Origin: a virus
Strand: one strand, 5' to 3'
Virus record (IMG/VR): IMGVR_UViG_3300028073_000008
Span: 64,001-128,000 of that record
DNA: 64,000 nucleotides
In this document: in pieces, positions 54,075 through 64,000 of the stretch
Layout: every line of letters starts with the position of its first letter
How positions within the stretch are numbered: the first letter of the stretch is position 1
Translations under genes and position numbers: made by a program
The notes under the pieces: model-generated
The model's database searches: none
Seen by the model: only the letters and a program-made list of their open reading frames with translations
Told to the model about the DNA's origin: nothing

Positions 54075-57000
54075 ATGGCTAGACAAGAGATTAATATTGG
54101 TATCGAAGGCAATGACGGTACCGGCGACAGTATTCGTGACAGTTTTAAGAAAGTCAACGAAAATTTCACAGAACTATATGCTATTCTAGGACAAGAAGGT
54201 AAACTGTCCTTTACTGGGCTATCTGACACACCTAGCCAGATACGCCTAGCTGATTCAAATAAAATACTGGTCGTTGATGGTGTAACTGAAGAAATTGTTT
54301 TTAAAGAACTAGTAGGTGATGCTACTCTAGTTATCAACCAAGTAGATCCAGGAGTTATCCGTTTTAGTTCTCTAGCTTCTGCGTTGATCAACGATGCCAC
54401 TCCAACACTTGCTGCCAACTTAAACTCTAATTTCAAACGTCTAACAAATCTTAGTCCAGCTCAATTAGATACAGATGCTGCTACAAAAGGATATGTAGAC
54501 GGAAAATTATCTCTAGCTGGCGTAAATGCTAGAGATCCAAACACTAATGCTATTAGGACAGAATGGGGAACTATGACTGGTCCGCTGATCCTAAGCAGAA
54601 ATCCTATACAAAGCGATGATGCCAACTACAATGGGTTAATCGCTGCTACAAAATCTTATGTAGATGGCAAAACATTTACCAGTGCTAATAACATCTTTGT
54701 TGCTAAAAATGGTAGCGACAATAGAACAGATATTCCAGAAAACCAAAGAGGACGTTCTTGGTCAGCTGCCTATGCTACTGTTAGCTATGCTGCTCAAGTA
54801 GCAGAGCAGATCATTAACAGTGCTCCATTTGAACTAGGTCCTTATAGAAAGAAACTTACCTACGATTTTGGTACCAAGAATTCAACACTTTATTCGTTTG
54901 CTGCTTCTCCCTTGTCAGGAGTAGGTGCTACAGCAGTAGCAAGGATGGGCGTCGATTCTTTCACTATCCCTATCGTAGGAACTGGGTACGAACTCGGAGA
55001 TGTGTTAACGCTATCTGGAGGTACTCCTGTTATTCCAGCACAGGTGCGTGTAGAAGCCAAAGATATCACAGGCGGCATTACTCAACTTTCTATCGTAGAA
55101 GCAGGTGTCTATAGCGCATTACCTGATAATATAACCAATATCACTCTCGTAGGAGGAACCGGTAACGGTGCTAGGATATCGGCTACCTGGAAAGTCAGTA
55201 GCATCATAGTTACTAATGGAGGTAGCAATTACGGTTCTGCTTCTGCCATATTCTCAGGAGGATCTCCTACATTAGGAGCAGAAGCCACTCCTATAGAAGT
55301 AGGTGGAGTTATCAAGGATGTGAATATCGTAAGCAATGGTTCTGGATATACATCTATTCCAACTATCGATATCTATCTACCAAGAATAACCATAACTACA
55401 GAAAATCTAGGTTCCGACTTTGACAACGATCTATCAGATGGTCAACTATTACGAGGATTAACTTCAGGTGCTGTAGCTAGAATCGTTAACTTTGCTGCCG
55501 AAATAGATAATCTAGGCAACGAAATATTTGATATACAAACACTTACTGGTAATCTTCTTGTAGGAGAAGAAATAGAATACGGCCAAGCTACCAAGAACGT
55601 ACAAGTTACTATTGAAGTAGAAAGTGGTATCTATTACGAACATTTTCCTATACGTCTAGCAGCTAACGTTTCTATCAAAGGAACAGAATTTAGACGTGTC
55701 CAGATCAGACCAAAACCAGGAATCAGCAGATCCCCTTGGGCTAGATTATATTTCCGTAGAGATCCTATCATCGACGGAATCCGTGTCTCGACCACAGAAT
55801 ACGGTTATCACTATCTAACAGATCCGCTGGACTACTCAAGCACTCCCAAGAATAACGACGAAATGGATGTGTTCTTAGCCAATGACGCTGTTGTTGTACG
55901 TAACATGAGTGTTCAAGGTCACGGCGGATTCATGATGGTACTTGACCCCGAAGGTCAGATATCTGCCAAGTCACCATACATGCAAGTTGGATCAAGTTTT
56001 ACTGGCAGCACTAATGCCAAGAGATTTGCTGGTGGACAATACGTCGATGGATTCGTAGCTAACATGCCCGGTGTGCTACTAGATAAGAGCGATGACGGAT
56101 ATAAGATCACTATCGGTGGTCTTTACAGAGAACCTCAGCTACCAACATCATTTGTGTTCGGCAGTGATTTATATAGGATTACCTTAGCGACTAGAGTAGA
56201 AACACCATATTTTGGCGCTAAGACTCTGCTGGCTGCTAACAAAACATTCATACAAACAGAAACCATAGCATGGATCAATTCACCTAGTGGATTTCCTAAT
56301 CTAAACTATGACGAAGATATTTGTTATAGAGATGTAGGACTGATCGTTGATGCTGTCATGGAAGACCTTCTATATGGCGGTTATAGACATAGCTCACAAG
56401 CAGGTAGACTATATTTTTCTAGTGGTTCTACTATCATTGCCGGTCAAGTAACACAGACTGCCGCAGCTATAAGACATGCTAGAGATATCGCGATAAAATG
56501 TATCAAACAAGAACTGTTTACACCTGTGCTAGGCAGCGCAGGACAAACTACTATTCCGTCGATCACTGATGGTGCCACTGCTCAAACTATCGTTGACAAC
56601 TGTTTTGAAATCATAGCTAATATTGTTCAATACGGAGAAGCTATGTATAAGGCCAAGGCCTTGATACAGGCTAACAAAGAACTCATACAGGTAGAAACTG
56701 TTAAATTTGTCGATCAATATTATCCTTCACTAAATTATCTTAAAGACACTTGTAAGCGAGATGTTGGACTTATAGTTGATGCTATTGCTATAGACATGTT
56801 TGGAGATTTTACAGAATCTCTAAGAGCAGGATATTCTTACTACAGACAAGGAGTATTGGTATATGCGCAGGATCAAATTCCTGCCGAAACAGATGCTGTT
56901 AATTTTATAGGTTCTACTATAACCGATATTATACAGAACATCACCATAAGTCCTTTACGTAGCAAACAGACTTTCAATCCCTCATCTGCTGTTTCTATAT

Positions 57001-60000
57001 CAGCAAATACAATAACACTACCTTCGCACCCATTTACTAATGGATCTAAGGTACAATATAGCAACGGCGGTGGGTCTTCTATTACCACAGATTTTGGTAC
57101 CTTATCAACTGTAGATCCATATTATGTTTATGTGATAGATGCTGACACTATTCAACTGTTCGAATCATTTGATCTGATAGTAGCCGCAGAAAAAGGTCTT
57201 TCTACAGCATTGGCAATCAATATCACAGGATCAGGCAGTGGGTCCAGCCATACTATTCAGTTCTACCAGACTAAAGACCTAACACTATCAGGTGTAGATC
57301 TAACCAACGCTAAAGTACTAACAGGAACTAGCACAGGTACTATAGACACTGCTGTAGGTTATATTAATACTATCGCAGCAGGCGGTGATAGTACCACTGT
57401 GCCTGATATCTATCCACAATATAACTGCGTGTTAGATACTCCATATAATGCCATGGTCGGTGGTAAAGTTATCTTAAGAACACCTGGTAACAAGTCAATG
57501 TTGAACAACGACTTTACACAGGTCAATGACTTGGGCTATGGAATTTTTGCCAACAATAACGGTTTGATCGAATCTGTGTCGCTGTTTACCTATTACTGCT
57601 ACACAGCCTACTACTCACTCAACGGTGGTCAGATACGTTCAGTGGGTGGCTCATGCTGTAACGGTGTGTATGGTTTAAGGGCAGAAGGTGCTGACCCTAA
57701 TGAAGTACCAGATTCAGTCAATCTAAAATTTCCGCTAGCCCAGACAGCTACATCTTATGAAAATGCTCTACTGTCTATTAGCAATGCCAAGGGATCGTTA
57801 ACTCTTTATGTGACCAATTATTCATATCTACCTCGAAATGGCTGTGTCGTCGACATTGATCATACAGGCGATTCTGGAGCAGGAGTTACATTAGGTTGGA
57901 GAACATACAACGTAGTAGGTGTATCCACAACAGGTTTACCAACCGGTGTTGCTGCGCTTTCATTAGCTAATGTGACTAGTGCTTCGGGAGTCACTGGTAT
58001 CGCCAACGATTTGACCAGCAAATCATTGATCATAAGACAAAGCGGTGAATTGGTCATTAGTGGTAAAGATGCCATCGTAAGCACAAGACCAAGCACTGCT
58101 CTAGTATTTTCAGAATCAACTGCCAACGTTATCAGAGTAACTGCGTTTAACCCATATCTAGATGTCGGAGCAGCAGACAAAGATGTGTTAGTGACCACTA
58201 GAGACGGATTCAGTTATGTTTCGTTACCTGTCAAGAAAAATGATACAACATTTACTATACCTCCAGGTTTCGGCAATGCTGGCGATGATTATATAGCTAT
58301 CCAACCTTTAAGCACAGCTAACGCTGCGAGACTGACTTATCAAACTACAGGTTATACTGTATATCCTAGTACAACAGGAACAGGAGGACAGATATTTGGT
58401 TATCAAGACTCTATATACGAAATAACAGGATATACGCTGGTTAATACCGGTCTACCAAATGCTTATGCCAAGGTTACATTTAACAACGTCACTAATCCTA
58501 ATGCTGCTACTGCTCGAGGAACGGTCAGCGCGGTTACCAAGGCCAATCCTGCTGTAGTCACTACTACACAGGCCCACATGATGACAGACGGCAAGAAGGT
58601 CAAATTCACCGGCGTCGGTGGTATGACAGAGTTGAATTTCTCAGGTTCAAACTATTACTATATCAAGAGACAGACTAACACTGTCAATATAACTGCCACT
58701 GCTGCCGGAACTAATTATGTAACTTTAGGATCAGCAGTGTCTACACCTGCGCTGGCTACTGGACAGGCTGTGATAGTTTCTGGATCTATAGGCGGATTGG
58801 TCAGCATACAAGACTATTTCGTCCATCGTGTGATTAATTCTACAACAATCACAGTGAGCACGTACAGGATCAATGCTACGGCAACAATCGTTTCTACAGA
58901 CCCATCAAGACCTAATCAGATAGTAGTCGACGATACCAGCAAGCTATCGCTGAATCAAGCTATCATCTTCTATGGTACAGGGTTTGGCGGTATCGTTAGT
59001 GGTACTACATATTATGTTCTATCTATACCAGATACTACACATATTACGATAACTGCCACTATCAGCGGTACGACCCCAGTGACATTGACTACTGCTTCCG
59101 GATATATTTGGGGTGGTACTACTGCTACACTTAGCAACGCTACTGGTTCTGTTTCTACAGTGATCAGATCATTTGATAGTTTTGAATTGTATTCAGATAG
59201 TGCGTTAACAACCGCAGTCAACAGTACCGGATATACTACATTTACCAGCGGTGGTACTGTCAGTGCCATGGGCGGATTAACTTACAGCATCAATAACAGT
59301 GCCAGCAATGTGTCACTCAACGCAGGTATAAGAGGTGGTGCTACAGGAACTGTCACCGTTAATATTTCTACTATGAGAGCCACTAGCGTGGACTTCTTGG
59401 ATATAGGAACTGGTAGCTACGCAGACACTAACTATCCATCAGATATTTTTGGTCCGCCGGCTAACACCCCTGATGTAGCTAAACAAGTTCTAGAACAAAA
59501 CAAGGGTCGTGTGTTCTATGTAAGCACAGACCAAAACGGTACATTCAAAGTCGGTGACTTCTTCGGTGTTGATCAAGGTACAGGTAATTTGACCCTGAGC
59601 GCCAAAATCAACTTGGCTGGTATCGAAACTCTAAGATTGAAGAGCGGCGTTGAAATTAACGAGTTCTCAAACGATACAACCTTAGGTGGAACAGGACCTG
59701 CTCCATCTACTTCTACACCTACATCTAATGCTGTTAGAACCTATATCGATTCTAGACTAGGTCTATCTAACAGCGGCACCATAGTAACTACAGGTTTGGT
59801 TGGTCCGGGGTATATGGCTCTAGATGGTACATTGGGCATGAAAGGTCCTATGGACCTTAACAACAACAGAATCATAAATGTTGCTAGTCCAACATCAGCG
59901 AATGATGCTGTTCCAAGAAATTACATGAAGCTGTTGAATCTAGAGGATGGTACGACTACTGGAGCAAGCAGCGGTGACCTATTGACATTCACTGGTACTG

Positions 60001-61607
60001 CTGCCGGCTTTACAAAAGCCACTGTTACTGGTGCTATAACTCTAAACAGAAGCGGAACTACATTAACATCTACCCTTGCTTCAAATTATGTTACTGATAA
60101 CAATATAGCTTACACTGCTGCTATCGGTCAATACAAGTTAAATCTTAACACTCTAAAAGCAAAAGCTGCGGATGGTCTACAGATAACTTCTTACACCAAT
60201 CAAACAGTAGGAGCTCCTCGAGTAACACTGACAGCCACATTACACGGATTTGTTAATGGAGAAAGCGTTGTCATTTCAGGTGAGACTTCAATAACTTCTT
60301 TAAACGGTCAATGGACCGTTTACAATGTGACTACTAACACATTCGATATAGCACTAGCTATACCGTCTGGCACACTAAGTTCTACTATACGAGTAAGATC
60401 GTTCGGTCTGTTATCAGCTGCCGATTCGGCTGTGTTCACAGTTAGTGCTAACGGTTTCTTGAGCTTGAATGATTCGACTTCTACTACTAGTGGTGTTAGA
60501 TTTACCAAGCTGGCATACATCGATCCTAGTGTTTATGATGCCACTGACAATCAATCATTGTCTGGAAACAGCACAAAGGTGTTGGCAAGAAGAGCAACAC
60601 CTGCTAGTGGAACCGCTATCGGAGCTCCGGTTCCCGTTGACGCTAGAACTATCGTAGAAGACGGCGACGGTCTAAGCAGAGCAGAAGTTCCATCAGTAGG
60701 TGCTGTGGTTAGAACAGCTACTGGTACTGGCTCTGGCAAATTTAGCACAATCGGTTACAGTTCTACAACTGCTGTAGGTGGTTTGAATCTAGTACAAAGA
60801 GATGCTTCAAACGGATTTTCGGCAGGCGCTGTATCTGTTACAGGATTGACCAGTAGTGGTGAAATTACGCTGGCAGGTGGTGGATCAATTAATGCTGTCG
60901 GTTCACTTGGTATCAAGATGACTGTTAACAGCACAACATCAACTGTACTATCTCGAGTATTAGATAACGCAGGTTCTCAAGCATATTATGTTGCTCTCAG
61001 AGATGGTAACGGTAATACTGCTATAAGATTAAACACCGGTACATCGGCAGCATATCAATACAATGCTTATTATGCTACTATTCACAATTTTTGGGATGCC
61101 ACCGGTAGTAACGCAGGTACAATTAATGTTAATAATGGCGGAACATTATCAACAGGCGCAGCAGCAAATACTGGACAGATTGTCGGTAACTGGTCTATAG
61201 GTTCGGGCAGTAGATTCTCAGCCACATGGGCCGACTTAGCAGAATGGTATACAAGTGATCAAGAATACGAACCAGGTACGATAGTAGAATTTGGAGGCTC
61301 TGCCGAAGTCACTAAGAGCAGCAAAGCAGCTACTACTAGAATAGCCGGTGTGGTTTCTACTAATCCGGCTTATGTGATGAACGGAGAATGCCCAGGCACT
61401 AGAGTATGTGTCGCACTACAAGGCCGTGTGCCATGTAAGGTAGTAGGCAAAATTTCCAAAGGAGATCTCATAGTTTCTAGCCAGATTCCGGGTGTAGCTA
61501 TTTCTTCCGGCGAAGAAGCTAAACCAGGAACAATCATAGGTAAAGCCCTAGAAAATTACGACAGCGATAGAATTGGTACGATCGAAGTTGCCGTAGGCAG
61601 GTTATAA
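54075..61607 (+). CDS. Giant virion structural protein (tail fibre/baseplate-associated) with C-terminal chaperone/peptidase-G2-like domain
   Basis: 2510 aa; N-terminal INIG...NDGTGDSIR..F.KVNENF; DAATKGYVD; C-terminal ADLAEWY...GVVSTNPAYVMN...VALQGRVPCKV. Confidence 0.85.
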   Translation: MARQEINIGIEGNDGTGDSIRDSFKKVNENFTELYAILGQEGKLSFTGLSDTPSQIRLADSNKILVVDGVTEEIVFKELVGDATLVINQVDPGVIRFSSLASALINDATPTLAANLNSNFKRLTNLSPAQLDTDAATKGYVDGKLSLAGVNARDPNTNAIRTEWGTMTGPLILSRNPIQSDDANYNGLIAATKSYVDGKTFTSANNIFVAKNGSDNRTDIPENQRGRSWSAAYATVSYAAQVAEQIINSAPFELGPYRKKLTYDFGTKNSTLYSFAASPLSGVGATAVARMGVDSFTIPIVGTGYELGDVLTLSGGTPVIPAQVRVEAKDITGGITQLSIVEAGVYSALPDNITNITLVGGTGNGARISATWKVSSIIVTNGGSNYGSASAIFSGGSPTLGAEATPIEVGGVIKDVNIVSNGSGYTSIPTIDIYLPRITITTENLGSDFDNDLSDGQLLRGLTSGAVARIVNFAAEIDNLGNEIFDIQTLTGNLLVGEEIEYGQATKNVQVTIEVESGIYYEHFPIRLAANVSIKGTEFRRVQIRPKPGISRSPWARLYFRRDPIIDGIRVSTTEYGYHYLTDPLDYSSTPKNNDEMDVFLANDAVVVRNMSVQGHGGFMMVLDPEGQISAKSPYMQVGSSFTGSTNAKRFAGGQYVDGFVANMPGVLLDKSDDGYKITIGGLYREPQLPTSFVFGSDLYRITLATRVETPYFGAKTLLAANKTFIQTETIAWINSPSGFPNLNYDEDICYRDVGLIVDAVMEDLLYGGYRHSSQAGRLYFSSGSTIIAGQVTQTAAAIRHARDIAIKCIKQELFTPVLGSAGQTTIPSITDGATAQTIVDNCFEIIANIVQYGEAMYKAKALIQANKELIQVETVKFVDQYYPSLNYLKDTCKRDVGLIVDAIAIDMFGDFTESLRAGYSYYRQGVLVYAQDQIPAETDAVNFIGSTITDIIQNITISPLRSKQTFNPSSAVSISANTITLPSHPFTNGSKVQYSNGGGSSITTDFGTLSTVDPYYVYVIDADTIQLFESFDLIVAAEKGLSTALAINITGSGSGSSHTIQFYQTKDLTLSGVDLTNAKVLTGTSTGTIDTAVGYINTIAAGGDSTTVPDIYPQYNCVLDTPYNAMVGGKVILRTPGNKSMLNNDFTQVNDLGYGIFANNNGLIESVSLFTYYCYTAYYSLNGGQIRSVGGSCCNGVYGLRAEGADPNEVPDSVNLKFPLAQTATSYENALLSISNAKGSLTLYVTNYSYLPRNGCVVDIDHTGDSGAGVTLGWRTYNVVGVSTTGLPTGVAALSLANVTSASGVTGIANDLTSKSLIIRQSGELVISGKDAIVSTRPSTALVFSESTANVIRVTAFNPYLDVGAADKDVLVTTRDGFSYVSLPVKKNDTTFTIPPGFGNAGDDYIAIQPLSTANAARLTYQTTGYTVYPSTTGTGGQIFGYQDSIYEITGYTLVNTGLPNAYAKVTFNNVTNPNAATARGTVSAVTKANPAVVTTTQAHMMTDGKKVKFTGVGGMTELNFSGSNYYYIKRQTNTVNITATAAGTNYVTLGSAVSTPALATGQAVIVSGSIGGLVSIQDYFVHRVINSTTITVSTYRINATATIVSTDPSRPNQIVVDDTSKLSLNQAIIFYGTGFGGIVSGTTYYVLSIPDTTHITITATISGTTPVTLTTASGYIWGGTTATLSNATGSVSTVIRSFDSFELYSDSALTTAVNSTGYTTFTSGGTVSAMGGLTYSINNSASNVSLNAGIRGGATGTVTVNISTMRATSVDFLDIGTGSYADTNYPSDIFGPPANTPDVAKQVLEQNKGRVFYVSTDQNGTFKVGDFFGVDQGTGNLTLSAKINLAGIETLRLKSGVEINEFSNDTTLGGTGPAPSTSTPTSNAVRTYIDSRLGLSNSGTIVTTGLVGPGYMALDGTLGMKGPMDLNNNRIINVASPTSANDAVPRNYMKLLNLEDGTTTGASSGDLLTFTGTAAGFTKATVTGAITLNRSGTTLTSTLASNYVTDNNIAYTAAIGQYKLNLNTLKAKAADGLQITSYTNQTVGAPRVTLTATLHGFVNGESVVISGETSITSLNGQWTVYNVTTNTFDIALAIPSGTLSSTIRVRSFGLLSAADSAVFTVSANGFLSLNDSTSTTSGVRFTKLAYIDPSVYDATDNQSLSGNSTKVLARRATPASGTAIGAPVPVDARTIVEDGDGLSRAEVPSVGAVVRTATGTGSGKFSTIGYSSTTAVGGLNLVQRDASNGFSAGAVSVTGLTSSGEITLAGGGSINAVGSLGIKMTVNSTTSTVLSRVLDNAGSQAYYVALRDGNGNTAIRLNTGTSAAYQYNAYYATIHNFWDATGSNAGTINVNNGGTLSTGAAANTGQIVGNWSIGSGSRFSATWADLAEWYTSDQEYEPGTIVEFGGSAEVTKSSKAATTRIAGVVSTNPAYVMNGECPGTRVCVALQGRVPCKVVGKISKGDLIVSSQIPGVAISSGEEAKPGTIIGKALENYDSDRIGTIEVAVGRL

Positions 61608-61641
61608 AAAACTAGGATAAATATAGGGTAAAGGTAATAAA

Positions 61642-62319
61642 ATGAGCATAACATCGATCAACATAGGTAATTTTGTCAATGACGGTCTCGGAGACGATCT
61701 TCGTGCGGCTTTCCAAAAAGTCAATGCTAATTTCGCGACTTTAGATAACCAACTGAGTGTTACTGGAAAAAACCTAGGTTCAGGTGCTAGGATCTTCAAG
61801 CAAAAGTCTAATTATAATCTCGAAATGAGATCATTAGTAGCTGGAACTAATATTAATCTTGTAGAAAATACTGATAACATCACTATTAATTCTCCTTTAC
61901 AAAACACATTTAATAGTATAGTAACTAGTAACGGTAATGTGGATGCTATCAGTCCAACTACAGAGGTTACTTTCCAGGGCGGAAACAATATTGTAATCAC
62001 TAAGTCTGGAAATACTATAGTGTTCGATGCTAACCTAGTAGCAGTCAATCTAGAAGAAGACCTAAATTTAAACGGACACAGTCTATTAGGTTTAGGTAAT
62101 ATAAACATAACAGGAAATATTACCGCTACAAATTTATTCGGTAATCTATTAGGCTACAACAGCCAAGCATTAATTTCAGGAGTATTCGATTATAACTTTG
62201 GTTCGATAACTCAAGGAAATTATATAAACGCAACAGAATTTTTATTTTCACAGCTCGATTGGGATTTTGGTACAGTAACAAGTCCAGGTACCTATGAACT
62301 CGATCTCGGAACGATTTAA
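61642..62319 (+). CDS. Virion structural protein
   Basis: Same INIG...NDG.GD.LR.AF.KVN.NF N-terminal motif as 54075. Confidence 0.8.
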   Translation: MSITSINIGNFVNDGLGDDLRAAFQKVNANFATLDNQLSVTGKNLGSGARIFKQKSNYNLEMRSLVAGTNINLVENTDNITINSPLQNTFNSIVTSNGNVDAISPTTEVTFQGGNNIVITKSGNTIVFDANLVAVNLEEDLNLNGHSLLGLGNINITGNITATNLFGNLLGYNSQALISGVFDYNFGSITQGNYINATEFLFSQLDWDFGTVTSPGTYELDLGTI

Positions 62320-62331
62320 CGGAGAAAAAGG

Positions 62332-63741
62332 ATGGCCCTAAAGATACGCAGAGGAACCAACGCAGAAAGGTTAACCATTACCCCAGCGGCAGGTGAATTA
62401 ATTTTTACGACAGATACAAAGTCGTTATACATAGGTGACGGATCTACTGTAGGTGGAAAATTTTTATCATCAGGTAGCAGCATCATCAACGATATCAACC
62501 TAAATGGTCATGATATTGTAGGTACTGGTAATATCGACATTAGTGGTAACATACATGCCAGCGGCACTATCACTGCCGATGGTGATATTACATTAGGTAA
62601 TGCGAGTACAGACAATGTGGTATTTCAAGCAGACATTAATTCAGACATAATCCCAAATACTAACAACACATACGACCTAGGTACTACCAGCAAGCGTTGG
62701 CAAAATCTTTGGGCCAATACTGTCAACGCAACCAACGTAGTGTCAAATCTACAAGGCAATGTTCACGGTGATCTAAATGGTTCTGTGTTTGCTGATGATA
62801 GTACACTTATAGTAGATGGCACCAGCGGAAAGATCTACGGTACATTTTATGGAAACTTGACTGGTGATGTTAGTGGTAACTTAACTGGTAGCAGCAATGG
62901 CACACATACTGGTCCTGTAATCGGAAACGTAACTGGCAATGTTAGCGGAAATCTAACAGGACTGTTAAAATCTACAGGCGGTCAAACTGTGATGACTACA
63001 GGAACCGATGGTACAGATGCTGCCTTCGGCGGACAGACCAGAGGCGATCATTATGGTTCTGTATTTCCAAATAATTCAGGTTTGGGAGGAGCACCATTAA
63101 TAGATGGTAACGATGTTAGTATTAATCTAAGAAATACAATCGTAGACGATGTCATTCCAAAAGTAGATGGAGTTACTAATCTAGGTTCTATAGCTTACCA
63201 AAAATTCAAAAGAGTATATCTATCAGATAGAATCAATCTCGGAGTAGAAAAAGATATAGGCGTCGTAAGACAATACGGCCTTGATATTAAAATTGACGAA
63301 AACAGCAATCACATCGTAGTTAAAAACGGTGTGTGGAACGCTTTACCTATCACGACCACATTGTCGGGTAATATCCCAGCAGGATCTAGGACCACATTTA
63401 CAGTCGACGATCCTACAAACATATTACCAGGTGCTGTATTCAGCTTACCAGGAGTAAGTGAACGAACTGTGTTGTCGGTAGTAGGCAATGTTATAACAGC
63501 TACAGAAACTTTTGCTATCAGCGCAGGTCACGGATTAAATGGTGATGAAGTTACATTCTATAATCCAGGACAGCCAACACTTACAGTAAGTTCTGTTGTC
63601 CCAACTACATCAGTAGGTTATCCAGGCAGTGTTCCCGGAATGGTCACTCTAGATAATACTTACTTCTATATCTGTAGCGGATTTTATGACGGAAGCACAA
63701 GTATTTGGTCAAGAATATCTATCCAGTCGTCAACCTTCTAA
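62332..63741 (+). CDS. Tail-fibre-like protein with Mtd-N-type N-terminus
   Basis: IRRGT...PAAGE...TDT..LYIGDG; G(N/D)(L/V)xG repeats. Confidence 0.8.
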   Translation: MALKIRRGTNAERLTITPAAGELIFTTDTKSLYIGDGSTVGGKFLSSGSSIINDINLNGHDIVGTGNIDISGNIHASGTITADGDITLGNASTDNVVFQADINSDIIPNTNNTYDLGTTSKRWQNLWANTVNATNVVSNLQGNVHGDLNGSVFADDSTLIVDGTSGKIYGTFYGNLTGDVSGNLTGSSNGTHTGPVIGNVTGNVSGNLTGLLKSTGGQTVMTTGTDGTDAAFGGQTRGDHYGSVFPNNSGLGGAPLIDGNDVSINLRNTIVDDVIPKVDGVTNLGSIAYQKFKRVYLSDRINLGVEKDIGVVRQYGLDIKIDENSNHIVVKNGVWNALPITTTLSGNIPAGSRTTFTVDDPTNILPGAVFSLPGVSERTVLSVVGNVITATETFAISAGHGLNGDEVTFYNPGQPTLTVSSVVPTTSVGYPGSVPGMVTLDNTYFYICSGFYDGSTSIWSRISIQSSTF

Positions 63742-63750
63742 GGAATTCGT

Positions 63751-64000
63751 ATGGCTGTAACATGGAATACTCCAGCTGGTACCTTAGGTACATTAAATGA
63801 AAGAACTAAACAAAATATAGTTCTTTCTGCCAGCTCTGGCGTATCTGCTGTCACTTATAAGCTGATATCAGGTTCATTACCTCTCGGGCTACGATTAGAA
63901 AATAATACCATAGTAGGTACTCCATTCGAAGTTAAGAAACCAATTACTTCTAGATTTGTTATCCGAGCTAGTGACAGTGTAGATAAAAAAGATAGAACAT
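63751..64000 (+). CDS. Structural protein, Ig-like start (3'-truncated)
   Basis: MAVTWNTPAGTLGTL...LISGSLPLGLRL...GTP; open to window end. Confidence 0.7.
   Translation, partial: MAVTWNTPAGTLGTLNERTKQNIVLSASSGVSAVTYKLISGSLPLGLRLENNTIVGTPFEVKKPITSRFVIRASDSVDKKDRT

Noticed and set aside
1-64000. Alternative genetic code (TAG/TGA recoding) as seen in some large phages
   Set aside because: Recognisable genes are intact under code 11, TAG and TGA serve as normal stops (e.g. iscA TAG, ahpD TGA), and no CTA/TCA suppressor tRNA was found.
1-64000. CRISPR array, integrase/transposase, rRNA, tmRNA
   Set aside because: No regularly spaced direct repeats, no recognisable recombinase or transposase motifs, and no rRNA or tmRNA signatures seen.

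Overview
A 64 kb, AT-rich, gene-dense segment of a large (jumbo-type) tailed dsDNA phage using the standard genetic code. (1) 1-15.3 kb: a modification-enzyme island with five radical SAM/SPASM-twitch proteins, a QueC-like PP-loop ATPase, several 2OG-Fe(II)/cupin hydroxylases, and PLP-fold, SDR, SGNH, kinase-like and GNAT-like proteins. (2) 15.3-27.3 kb: an array of 35 tRNA genes covering all 20 amino acids, all with encoded CCA, interleaved with unassigned structured RNAs and accessory genes. (3) 27.3-42 kb: sigma70-promoter-driven small genes plus host-derived functions (TraR/DksA, ahpC/ahpD, malonyl-CoA decarboxylase-like, porin, pqqA, Hc1 histone-like). (4) 42-64 kb: virion fibre/structural genes, queD, glycosyltransferases, uvsE, sod, iscU/iscA. 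The most striking unannotated element sits at the head of the tRNA array: a sigma70 promoter, then a 49-codon leader ORF containing all 20 amino acids (37 different codons), then a mutually exclusive antiterminator/intrinsic terminator pair. This is a candidate 'pan-codon' translation-sensing attenuator that would switch on phage tRNA genes when any host tRNA fails. Other highlights: two tRNA-His genes of opposite identity types, a tRNA-Ile(UAU) with a long variable arm, an anticodon-less tRNA mimic, a phage pqqA, and systematic TAAATA-N4-5-ATG starts that suggest leaderless mRNAs. All calls are by manual reading; no database searches were run.
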